Program-made: the position numbers and the translations under genes
Assembly: GCA_949289295.1 (NCBI GenBank)
Contig: CASENM010000040.1
Coordinates: forward strand, 3,055 to 67,054
Direction: 5' to 3'
Length of the DNA: 64,000 nt
DNA from: an uncultured Bacteroides sp.
Lineage (GTDB): Bacteria; Bacteroidota; Bacteroidia; Bacteroidales; Bacteroidaceae
Part shown: piece by piece, positions 38,540 through 47,354 of the stretch
Position numbering within the stretch: the first letter of the stretch is position 1
Layout of the letters: the number at the start of each line of letters is the position of its first letter
The notes under the pieces: model-generated
Databases searched by the model: none
Told to the model about the DNA's origin: nothing
What the model saw: only the letters and a program-made list of their open reading frames with translations

Positions 38540-39460
38540 ATGAAAATACTGGTTGCAACAGAGAAGCCGTTCGCCAAAGTGGCGGTCGACGGCATCCGTA
38601 AAGAAATTGTGGAGGCGGGCTACGAATTGGCTCTGCTTGAAAAATATACAGACAAACAGCAGTTGCTGGAGGCGGTGAAGGATGCCGATGCCGTTATTAT
38701 CCGCAGCGACGTGATTGACAAGGAAGTGTTCGATGCGGCCAAACAGTTGAAGATTGTGGTACGTGCGGGCGCCGGTTATGATAATGTGGACCTCAACGAG
38801 GCTACGGCCCATGGAGTATGCGTGATGAATACACCGGGGCAGAACTCGAATGCGGTGGCCGAGCTGGCCTTCGGCATGATGATTATGGCTGTGCGTAATT
38901 TTTATGACGGCAAGTCGGGCACGGAGCTGAAAGGGAAGAAGCTGGGTATTCATGCGTATGGAAACGTAGGACGTAACGTGGCACGTATTGCCAAGGGTGT
39001 AGGCATGGACATTTATGCGTACGATGCATATTGCCCGAAAGAAGCGATGGAGGCCGACGGCATCAAGCCGGTTGACAGTGCTGAAGAGCTATATGCCACC
39101 TGCAATGTGGTGTCTCTGCATATTCCGTCTACCGCCGAAACCAAAGGGTCTGTCAATTATGATCTGGTGAACCGTATGCCGAAAAACGGACTGCTGGTGA
39201 ACACGGCGCGTAAGGAGGTTATCAACGAAGCTGATTTGCTCCGTCTGATGGAAGACCGTCCGGACCTGAAATATGTGACAGATATTATGCCGGTGAACCA
39301 TACCGAGTTTGCATCGCAGTTCCCCGGCCGTTATTTCTCCACTCCGAAAAAGATGGGCGCACAGACCGCAGAGGCGAATATCAATGCCGGCATTGCGGCT
39401 GCCAAGCAGATTGTGGGCTTCCTGAAAGACGGATGCGAGAAGTTCCGGGTAAATAAATGA
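38540..39460 (+). CDS. serA: D-3-phosphoglycerate dehydrogenase (short form)
   Basis: RAGAGYDNVD, NTPGQNSNAVAE, YGNVG, SLHIP, NTARK, MGAQT; operonic with serC. Confidence 0.88.
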   Translation: MKILVATEKPFAKVAVDGIRKEIVEAGYELALLEKYTDKQQLLEAVKDADAVIIRSDVIDKEVFDAAKQLKIVVRAGAGYDNVDLNEATAHGVCVMNTPGQNSNAVAELAFGMMIMAVRNFYDGKSGTELKGKKLGIHAYGNVGRNVARIAKGVGMDIYAYDAYCPKEAMEADGIKPVDSAEELYATCNVVSLHIPSTAETKGSVNYDLVNRMPKNGLLVNTARKEVINEADLLRLMEDRPDLKYVTDIMPVNHTEFASQFPGRYFSTPKKMGAQTAEANINAGIAAAKQIVGFLKDGCEKFRVNK

Positions 39461-39467
39461 AAGAGTG

Positions 39468-39604
39468 GCGAAGCTTTGCTTCGCAGGAGTCAGGGAAGTT
39501 GTTTTTAAGAAGTTAGAGGAGTTAAGAAGTTGTCAGTCCGCTTCGCTTTGCCAGAAGTTAAAGACGATGCTTCTCAATGACTCCTCTAACTTCTTTAACT
39601 CCTT
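39468..39604. repeat. Intergenic composite inverted repeat built from 8-9 bp (G/A)GAGTTAA-like units
   Basis: Perfect 16-bp IR AAGAAGTTAGAGGAGT (39507-39522) / ACTCCTCTAACTTCTT (39580-39595), plus hairpin GCGAAGC-TTT-GCTTCGC (39468-39484). Confidence 0.75.
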
Positions 39605-39618
39605 TAATCATTGTATCT

Positions 39619-40866
39619 ATGGTAAAGATAAAACCTTTTAAAGGAATACGCCCTCCCAAGGAACTGGTGGAGGAAGTGGCTTCGCGTCCTTATGACGTGC
39701 TCAATTCTGAAGAGGCACGTGCAGAGGCGGAAGGGAACGAGAAATCATTGTATCATATTATCAAGCCGGAGATAGATTTTCCTGCCGGGACCGATGAACA
39801 TGACCCGAAGGTATATGACAGGGCGGTCGAGAATTTCCGTAAGTTTCAGGCTAACGGATGGCTGGTGCAGGACAAGAAAGAATGTTATTATATCTATGCC
39901 CAGACCATGAACGGGAAGACCCAATACGGTCTGGTGGTAGGCGCGTATGTGCCCGACTATATGAACGGTGCCATCAAGAAACACGAGCTGACACGGCGCG
40001 ATAAGGAAGAAGACCGCATGAAACATGTGCGTGTGAACAATGCGAATATCGAACCCGTATTCTTCGCTTATCCGGGCGACAAGGGGCTGGATGCAATTGT
40101 GGCACGGTATGCTGCCCGCACACCGGAGTATGATTTCATTGCGCCAGGAGACGGTTTCGGACATAAGTTCTGGGTGGTGGACTGTGACGAGGACATAAAG
40201 GCCATTACGGAAGCTTTTTCAGCGATGCCCGCGCTTTATATTGCCGACGGGCATCACCGCAGTGCGGCGGCGGCTCTGGTAGGTGCAGAAAAGGCAAGGC
40301 AGAATCCGGCCCATCGGGGAGATGAGGAATACAACTATTTCATGGCGGTGTGCTTCCCGGCAGAGCAGCTGACCATCATTGATTATAACCGGGTGGTGAA
40401 AGACCTTAACGGACTGACTTCCGGAGAGTTTCTGGAAGCGTTGGAAACGCATTTCACCGTCGAGGAAAAAGGTGCCGGAATCTACCGTCCGGCTGCCCTG
40501 CATAATTTTTCGCTCTATCTGGAAGGGAAGTGGTATAGTCTGACTGCCAAGCCCGGAACGTATGATGACAATGACCCGATTGGTGTGCTCGACGTCACTA
40601 TCTCGTCGAATCTGATTCTTGATGAGATTCTGGGCATCAAAGACTTGCGTACGGACAAACGTATTGACTTCGTGGGCGGAATCCGTGGGTTGGAAGAACT
40701 GGAACGGCGTGTGGACAGCGGTGAGATGAAGCTGGCACTGGCCCTTTATCCGGTGTCGATGAAGCAGCTCATGGACATTGCGGATTCGGGCAATATCATG
40801 CCCCCCAAAACCACGTGGTTCGAACCGAAGCTCCGTTCGGGACTGGTAATCCATAAATTGGAGTGA
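39619..40866 (+). CDS. DUF1015 family protein (ParB/Srx-like fold)
   Basis: KPFKGIRP, PYDV, IKKHELTR, YIADGHHR, YNRVVK, MPPKTTWFEPKLRSGL. Confidence 0.88.
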   Translation: MVKIKPFKGIRPPKELVEEVASRPYDVLNSEEARAEAEGNEKSLYHIIKPEIDFPAGTDEHDPKVYDRAVENFRKFQANGWLVQDKKECYYIYAQTMNGKTQYGLVVGAYVPDYMNGAIKKHELTRRDKEEDRMKHVRVNNANIEPVFFAYPGDKGLDAIVARYAARTPEYDFIAPGDGFGHKFWVVDCDEDIKAITEAFSAMPALYIADGHHRSAAAALVGAEKARQNPAHRGDEEYNYFMAVCFPAEQLTIIDYNRVVKDLNGLTSGEFLEALETHFTVEEKGAGIYRPAALHNFSLYLEGKWYSLTAKPGTYDDNDPIGVLDVTISSNLILDEILGIKDLRTDKRIDFVGGIRGLEELERRVDSGEMKLALALYPVSMKQLMDIADSGNIMPPKTTWFEPKLRSGLVIHKLE

Positions 40867-40871
40867 TTGAA

Positions 40872-40978
40872 AGAGGCTGTTTCAAAATAACGGGCGACTG
40901 TCATCCTGAACACGTAAACCTGATGTGCGGAATTGACATTGCTTCTTGACAGCAAAATCTTATTTTGAGGCAGCCTCT
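40872..40978. mobile_element. 107-bp MITE-like element with 19-bp terminal inverted repeats
   Basis: AGAGGCTGTTTCAAAATAA ... TTATTTTGAGGCAGCCTCT (17/19 match); ends resemble GAGGCTGTNTCAAAA-type IS termini (IS1182-like, recalled); no ORF. Confidence 0.5.
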
Positions 40979-41132
40979 GTTCAGATGTTCTCCGGTTTGT
41001 CTTGATGCTTTCCCGGTTTTGTGAGGAGGGGAGAGAGTGTCCGGCGGTGTAAAAAAGAAAAGTGTAGCCTGCTATAACATCCAACCGAAATATTCACTAC
41101 TTTTGCGGCGGATTTTTTAGACCACGCGCAAT

Positions 41133-42041
41133 ATGTCAAATACTACGTTCAAAGGATTCACTTATGGGGCGATAGCGGCCGCCAGCTACGGTTTGAACCC
41201 CCTGTTTACATTGCCGCTCTACAGTGCAGGCATGACGCCCGATTCGGTGTTGTTCTATCGTTACGGGATAGCTCTGGTGATGCTTTTTCTGCTGATGAGA
41301 GTGCAGCATCAGTCGTTTTCCCTGAACAGGTCGGAAATTCTTCCGCTCGTGCTGATGGGTATCATGTTCTCGTTTTCTTCTCTCACCCTGTTCATGAGTT
41401 ACAATTATATGGATGCAGGCATCGCTTCGACCATTCTGTTTGCCTATCCGTTGCTCGTGGCCATCATCATGGCAGTGTTCTTCAAGGAAAAGGTGTCGTT
41501 TGTCACTCTGTTCTCCATCGCTCTGGCCTTTGCGGGAATCATGTTGCTTTATCGGGGGGAAGGCGGGGAGACGCTGAGCCTTCTGGGCGTGTTTCTGGTG
41601 TTTTTGTCCTCGCTCACTTATGCCATCTATATTGTAGGTGTGAACCGTTCGTCGCTCCGTGACATGCCTACGGTGAAACTTACATTTTATGCCGTATTGT
41701 TCGGCATGAGTGTCTATCTGGTGCGGCTGAAATTCGGTCTTCTGCTCCAGCCGATTCCTGAAGCCGGGCTATGGCTGAATCCGGTCGGCATGGCTCTGTT
41801 CCCCACGTTGGTCTCGTTGATATTCATGACCAAATCCATTCATTACATCGGTTCCACTCCGGCTGCCATTTTAGGTGCACTGGAACCGCTTACGGCACTC
41901 GTGATCGGTGTGACAGTGTTCGGAGAAGCACTTACTCCGCGTATTGTGTGCGGCATTCTTCTGATTCTGACCGCTGTAATGCTGGTAATTATGGGAAAGC
42001 CGCTCGTGAGGACCATCCGTGTGCATCTGCTTCATAAATAG
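41133..42041 (+). CDS. DMT/EamA family transporter
   Basis: About 10 TM helices in two repeats; promoter TACTTTTG at 41098-41105. Confidence 0.88.
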   Translation: MSNTTFKGFTYGAIAAASYGLNPLFTLPLYSAGMTPDSVLFYRYGIALVMLFLLMRVQHQSFSLNRSEILPLVLMGIMFSFSSLTLFMSYNYMDAGIASTILFAYPLLVAIIMAVFFKEKVSFVTLFSIALAFAGIMLLYRGEGGETLSLLGVFLVFLSSLTYAIYIVGVNRSSLRDMPTVKLTFYAVLFGMSVYLVRLKFGLLLQPIPEAGLWLNPVGMALFPTLVSLIFMTKSIHYIGSTPAAILGALEPLTALVIGVTVFGEALTPRIVCGILLILTAVMLVIMGKPLVRTIRVHLLHK

Positions 42042-42047
42042 GAACCT

Positions 42048-42647
42048 ATGGAACAGGATGACGTTTACAAGACAATTGTCGGCAAGGCAGAAGCCGTGTT
42101 CACCGAGAAAAGAAGCAAGTTCATTGCGGCGGCTATACCGGTGCGTACCGTAGAGGAAGTGAAAACATACCTGGAAGTTTTCCAGAAAGAATACTATGAT
42201 GCCCGCCATGTCTGCTATGCCTATATGTTGGGGGCCGACCGGAAAGATTTCCGTGCGAACGATAACGGAGAGCCTTCGGGAACGGCGGGAAAACCTATCC
42301 TGGGACAGATCAATTCGCGTGGTCTGACTGATGTGCTGGTTGTCGTGGTGCGTTATTTCGGTGGAATCAAGTTGGGCACAAGCGGATTGATTGTAGCTTA
42401 CCGGACAGCGGCTTCGCTGGCCCTGGATGAAGCGGAGATTGTAGAGAAGACTGTCGACGAGACGGTGACCGTAGCGTTTGAATATCCGTTCATGAACGAT
42501 GTGATGCGCATTGTCAAGGAGGAATCGCCGGAGATTGTAGAACAGTCGTATGATATGGATTGTGTGATGAAGCTCCGTATACGCCGTTCGATGATGGGGA
42601 AGCTGCGCGCCCGCCTGGAAAAAGTGGAGACGGCAAGATTTGTTTGA
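42048..42647 (+). CDS. yigZ: YigZ/IMPACT family protein
   Basis: EKRSKF, ARHVCYAY, DNGEPSGTAGKPIL, VVRYFGGIKLGTSGL. Confidence 0.93.
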   Translation: MEQDDVYKTIVGKAEAVFTEKRSKFIAAAIPVRTVEEVKTYLEVFQKEYYDARHVCYAYMLGADRKDFRANDNGEPSGTAGKPILGQINSRGLTDVLVVVVRYFGGIKLGTSGLIVAYRTAASLALDEAEIVEKTVDETVTVAFEYPFMNDVMRIVKEESPEIVEQSYDMDCVMKLRIRRSMMGKLRARLEKVETARFV

Positions 42648-42836
42648 GCGGAATATGTAATGCCGGAATCCGGTCTTTAGGTATAAAGCGTCCGATGTTT
42701 TTGTTTTGAGGTCAGACTTGGTGAAAGTTTGGCGGAAACGTGTGCGGAATGTCTGAAAATATTCCTTTCGCAAAACGTTTGGCGTTTCGGAAAGAAACAC
42801 TATCTTTGTAAACAGACCTTAAATAACGTGAGTCTT

Positions 42837-43859
42837 ATGAGGCACTTTACGTGGCAGATAGTGGTGGCCTTGGCCCTTGTTCTCACCGCCTGTAATGGTA
42901 GGGAGGTGAAAATGGAATCTGCGGAGATTTATGTGCCTGTCCCCCCTGACACGACGGAGGCGGAACTTCCGTTCGAGCCTCGTCCGCTCACAGGCGCGGA
43001 CATTACGCTTGTCAAAGATTTTCTTTACGATCAATATACACTTGAAGACGTGTATCCGTATCGTGATACGGTGCGTTCTTTCAAGTGGGACATTGTCCGC
43101 CAGTGTCTGGCTTTTATCGAGAATATTCAGCGCGACTCCCCTCGTTGGGCCGTTATCCAGAACTATAAGAATGCGAACGGCGAGGCGCCCCTCGTGGCCC
43201 GATATGTGCGCAATGAGTTCAACCGTGTGGCCGATACGTTGGGCATTGAGCGATATCAGTCGGTGCCCCTTTATCTTTCTGCCGACACGGTGACTCCTGT
43301 GCGTTACGGGCGTGACGGCTCGTTGGCTTTTCTGCTTGACGAGAGAGGCGGCTTTTACCTGCTGCAACCTGTGACCTTGGAAAGCGAGTGGCTGGTTCCA
43401 CGAAGGTACGTGGAAGAACTTTCCGACACAACCACTTTCTATCATGTGGTATTTGTAGACCGGAGAGACCAGAACATCGCTTCGCTGGAGCGGAAATCGG
43501 AAGGAGAGTGGCTTATCCGGAGCATGAATCCGGCCACGACCGGTAAACACAGTCCCCCTTACGGCCACGACACACCGCTGGGCATGTTTGTCATCCAGCA
43601 GAAGAAGCCGAAAATGATTTTCTTGAAAGACGGTTCAAAAGCCACGGGAGGCTATGCGCCCTATGCAAGCCGTTTTACGAACGGTGCCTATATCCACGGT
43701 GTGCCGGTGAATGTGCCACGCACGGAAATGATAGAATACAGCTGGTCGTTGGGTACGACCCCCCGTTCGCACATGTGTGTGCGGAACGCTACATCGCATG
43801 CCAAATTCATCTATGATTGGGCTCCTGTGCTCAATTCGCTGGTGGTGGTGATTGAGTAA
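42837..43859 (+). CDS. L,D-transpeptidase (YkuD domain) lipoprotein
   Basis: Lipobox LTAC; catalytic IHGVP...SHMCVRN; promoter TATCTTTG at 42801-42808. Confidence 0.85.
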   Translation: MRHFTWQIVVALALVLTACNGREVKMESAEIYVPVPPDTTEAELPFEPRPLTGADITLVKDFLYDQYTLEDVYPYRDTVRSFKWDIVRQCLAFIENIQRDSPRWAVIQNYKNANGEAPLVARYVRNEFNRVADTLGIERYQSVPLYLSADTVTPVRYGRDGSLAFLLDERGGFYLLQPVTLESEWLVPRRYVEELSDTTTFYHVVFVDRRDQNIASLERKSEGEWLIRSMNPATTGKHSPPYGHDTPLGMFVIQQKKPKMIFLKDGSKATGGYAPYASRFTNGAYIHGVPVNVPRTEMIEYSWSLGTTPRSHMCVRNATSHAKFIYDWAPVLNSLVVVIE

Positions 43860-43979
43860 GGGTAATTTCAGAAAATTTCTTGAATCTGGATAGTGGCTGA
43901 AGTGAGATTTTTTGTATATTTCGATTTTCTGAGTTATGCATATGCTATGCTTTAATTCTTGATTAAAAATCGAAATATT

Positions 43980-44645
43980 ATGAGAATACATTTAAAAACG
44001 ACTTCTAATGAGTACGTAGTCCCCTTCAATTATCAGCCCAAATTAGTAGGTACTCTTCATAAATGGTTGGGGATAAATAATGAAGATCATGGGAATATCT
44101 CGTTATATTCTTTTTCATGGTTGCAGAAAGGAGAAATGGTAAGGACAGGCTTTAATTTTCCTGACGGTGCCTGTTGGTTTATAAGTTTCTATGATGAGGA
44201 CAAGATGAGGCAGGTAGTGAAACGGATCTTGGAGAATCCGGAAATTTTCTCCGGAATGGTTGTTTCTGATGTAGTTATAGAAGAAACTCCTGATTTGTCG
44301 GCCCGGAGACTATTTTATTTGGGGAGTCCGATATTCATCAAGCAATCTGACCCGGATACAGGAGTGCGGCAATACACTTTTGACGATAAAGAGGCGAATG
44401 GCCTGATGACCCAGACTTTACGTCATAAGATGAAAATGGCCGGATTGCCTTCTGACGAGACATTGAATGTATCTTTTGATTTGAGTTATACAAAGCGCAG
44501 GACCAAGTTTCTGATGTATAGAGGGGTAAGTAACCGGGCGAATATGTGTCCTGTGCTGATTGACGGGAAGCCGGAGACGAAAGCTTTTGCCTGGAATGTG
44601 GGCATCGGAAATTCTACAGGTATTGGATTTGGTTCAATTTATTGA
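43980..44645 (+). CDS. cas6: CRISPR endoribonuclease Cas6
   Basis: N-terminal VPFNYQ...LHKW, H...SLYSFS; C-terminal G-rich loop GIGNSTGIGFG. Confidence 0.93.
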   Translation: MRIHLKTTSNEYVVPFNYQPKLVGTLHKWLGINNEDHGNISLYSFSWLQKGEMVRTGFNFPDGACWFISFYDEDKMRQVVKRILENPEIFSGMVVSDVVIEETPDLSARRLFYLGSPIFIKQSDPDTGVRQYTFDDKEANGLMTQTLRHKMKMAGLPSDETLNVSFDLSYTKRRTKFLMYRGVSNRANMCPVLIDGKPETKAFAWNVGIGNSTGIGFGSIY

Positions 44646-45217
44646 TGGTTAATATGCTATACGTTGTAAAATATATTGGGAAGTTCGGTTTTATCAAACC
44701 ATGGACTGCCGTTCGTGACGGGAAAACCTATAGTCAGCAGTTTCTGACTCCTTCTGTGATTGAAGGAATCGAGAAAAAACTCTTTCCAGACATGCTGAAA
44801 TGTAATGGAGAAATAAAGAGAATAAAAAGATACAAGCTCCGTTATTCGGCTATAGACATGCAGCAGGAACAGATACACCCTCGCGGATGGACCTTCAATT
44901 CAAAATCGAAGACAATGTCACGTTTGCGGTCGGTTCTTTTAAGGGGAGTGATGCTGGATCCGGTGCTGTTGCTGGCATTTGACAATTTGTGTGATGCACA
45001 GACAGCAATGGCACAGCACATCTGTCTGTGCAGGAATGAGGACGTTTTATTGCCGGAAGAGGATGTGATTGTCATGAATGAACAGGAATTTCAAGAAGAA
45101 AAAGGTTTTGAACTTCGGTTTGGAAAGTCGGGAAATTCTTTTTTAGTCGGTTATAACCGTTTTAATGGCCAACCCATGTATGGCTGGTTGGAAATAGACG
45201 GCGTTTCAGTCTTATAG
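44645..45217 (+). CDS. cas5: Divergent Cas5-like RAMP
   Basis: N-terminal YIGKFGFIKPWTAV...TYS..FLTPSVIEGI resembles the Cas5 N-terminus; C-terminal CLCRNED at the G-loop position; located within the cas operon. Confidence 0.65.
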   Translation: MVNMLYVVKYIGKFGFIKPWTAVRDGKTYSQQFLTPSVIEGIEKKLFPDMLKCNGEIKRIKRYKLRYSAIDMQQEQIHPRGWTFNSKSKTMSRLRSVLLRGVMLDPVLLLAFDNLCDAQTAMAQHICLCRNEDVLLPEEDVIVMNEQEFQEEKGFELRFGKSGNSFLVGYNRFNGQPMYGWLEIDGVSVL

Positions 45218-45219
45218 TT

Positions 45220-47352
45220 ATGGATGATTATCGGAACATATTGGCCAAGCATGAGGACAGTGGCGGACTGCCATTGGTTACGCATCTGGAAAGTGTGGCG
45301 TGTGTTGCCGGACGGATAGCGGCCAAAAACGGAATGGATGTCCGTATTGCCCGCAGAGGGGCTGTCTTGCATGACATAGGCAAAGTGAGTCCTTTGTTCC
45401 AACAGACGTTGAAGCATGGATATGTGCGTATGCCTGGATTCATATTCCGTCATGAAATCGCTTCCTTGTTTTTCCTTTCTTTATTGGACGATTTGGAGAA
45501 AGATGTGGTTATCGATATGATTGCGGCTCATCATAAATCCATTTACGATGATGTGAGAAGTTTGGGACTGCTGGATTTGGATGGATATGAGGACAGTTTT
45601 GGAATCCATTCCGAACGATTTGAAGAATGGAGTCCGGTCGCGTTGGATATATTGGAACATTTTGACTTTCCGGTTCATCCTGTCGGTCTGGAAGAGGCAC
45701 GGTCGAATTATGAGTATGCGGTTTCGCATTGTGAAGGTCTGAAAGCTGGATATTCTTTATGGAAAGGATTGCTGATGGCTTCCGACCAGATGGCTTCCGC
45801 TTTGGAGACAGTTGACGGACAAATGGTGAAGAAGCTTTTTGTCTGTCCGGATTTGTCATTCTATGATCGGGAAAACAATCTTTATCCCTTGTCATTGACA
45901 AGTGTTGATGATTCAAGGGGACATACACTGGTGACAGCTCCTACAGGTGCCGGTAAAACAGATTTCCTGATGCGCCGTTGCAAGGGACGTGTATTTTATA
46001 CATTACCTTTTCAGGCCTCGATTAATGCGATGTATGATCGGTTTAAAGAAGATCTGAAAGACACGGATGCGCAAATTCATTTGTTGCATGCGGCTTCCAA
46101 TCTTAAAGTTCAGGACGGAAAAGTTGAAGAACGAATCATGCAGCGTCATGTGGGAGCTTCTATCAAGGTTCTTACACCGCATCAGATGGCTTCTATTGTT
46201 TTCGGAGTGAAGGGTTATGAAGCGATGATGCTTGATTTGAAAGGATGTGACGTGATTCTGGATGAGATACATACCTATTCCAGTACAATCCAGGCCATAG
46301 TACTTCGCATTATAGAGATCCTGAGAGTTATCGGATGCAGAATCCATGTCGGTACGGCAACCATGCCTCAGGTGCTTTATGACAAGATTTTGTCTTTGTT
46401 GGGAGGAGCCGAGAAAGTGTATGAGGTAAAACTGACTGATGATGTATTGCGTTCATTCAACCGCCATATTGTACATAAGTTGTCAAGTATGGATGATTCG
46501 TATCAGATACTTGGTTCGGATATAAATGACCGGAAGAAGATTTTAATTGTGTGCAATCAGGTCAGACGTGCGCAATCGGTTTATTTGTCTTTAAAAGAAC
46601 AATACCCGGATGTCCCGATGATGTTGATTCATAGTCATTACAGACGGATTGACAGACAAGGTTTGGAGGTAGACTTGAAAGAGGTTTACAATCAGCTTCA
46701 GGAAGCATGTATTGTGGTGTCTACGCAAGTGGTGGAAGTGAGTCTGGACATTAGCTTTGATGTGATGATTACCGAATGTGCTCCTATTGATGCTTTGATC
46801 CAGCGTTTCGGACGTATCAACAGAAAAAGGACTCTGGAAACGATAGGTAAAATGAAACCGGTATATGTCATTGCGCCTTATGCAGGAAAAGATGCTTTGC
46901 CTTACGATCCGGAAGTGCTTCAGAGAAGTTTTGACGTATTGCCGGATAATGGGATTATGGAAGAAACGGAAGTACAGTCGATGCTGAATAAAGTTTATCC
47001 GGATGAGAATTTTATGAATATCGACTATTCGGGGGCAATATTTGTGAACGGGAAGTGGATGATGAAAGAATTGAGACATAATTCAAAATCAGCTTTGTTG
47101 GAAACTCTTGACATCAATTCTGCCACATGTATCGTCCAGTCAGATGAGGAGCGGTATGTCAGGAATGAATCCGGAACACGGAGTGAACTGGAGATACCGG
47201 TAAGTTATCGTTCTGTCGCTTATTTGGGCTTGAGAATGAACAAACACGGGACTTGCCCTTATGTGATTCCTGATGAGGCTTACGATAGTGAGCTAGGGCT
47301 GTTGCCTGATAAATTGAGAGACGAATCAAATAAAACTTATGACTTCTTATAA
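45220..47352 (+). CDS. cas3: Cas3 HD nuclease-helicase
   Basis: HD domain (THL, LHDIGK, RHE, AHH, ASD) fused to an SF2 helicase (APTGAGKT, DEIH, TAT, STQVVEVSLDI, QRFGRINR). Confidence 0.96.
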   Translation: MDDYRNILAKHEDSGGLPLVTHLESVACVAGRIAAKNGMDVRIARRGAVLHDIGKVSPLFQQTLKHGYVRMPGFIFRHEIASLFFLSLLDDLEKDVVIDMIAAHHKSIYDDVRSLGLLDLDGYEDSFGIHSERFEEWSPVALDILEHFDFPVHPVGLEEARSNYEYAVSHCEGLKAGYSLWKGLLMASDQMASALETVDGQMVKKLFVCPDLSFYDRENNLYPLSLTSVDDSRGHTLVTAPTGAGKTDFLMRRCKGRVFYTLPFQASINAMYDRFKEDLKDTDAQIHLLHAASNLKVQDGKVEERIMQRHVGASIKVLTPHQMASIVFGVKGYEAMMLDLKGCDVILDEIHTYSSTIQAIVLRIIEILRVIGCRIHVGTATMPQVLYDKILSLLGGAEKVYEVKLTDDVLRSFNRHIVHKLSSMDDSYQILGSDINDRKKILIVCNQVRRAQSVYLSLKEQYPDVPMMLIHSHYRRIDRQGLEVDLKEVYNQLQEACIVVSTQVVEVSLDISFDVMITECAPIDALIQRFGRINRKRTLETIGKMKPVYVIAPYAGKDALPYDPEVLQRSFDVLPDNGIMEETEVQSMLNKVYPDENFMNIDYSGAIFVNGKWMMKELRHNSKSALLETLDINSATCIVQSDEERYVRNESGTRSELEIPVSYRSVAYLGLRMNKHGTCPYVIPDEAYDSELGLLPDKLRDESNKTYDFL

Positions 47353-47354
47353 TT

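Noticed and set aside
43916-43978. Invertible (phase-variable) promoter for the cas operon
   Set aside because: Only 37 bp lie between the IRs, the promoter element is in the arm rather than inside, and no recombinase is nearby; kept only as a regulatory IR
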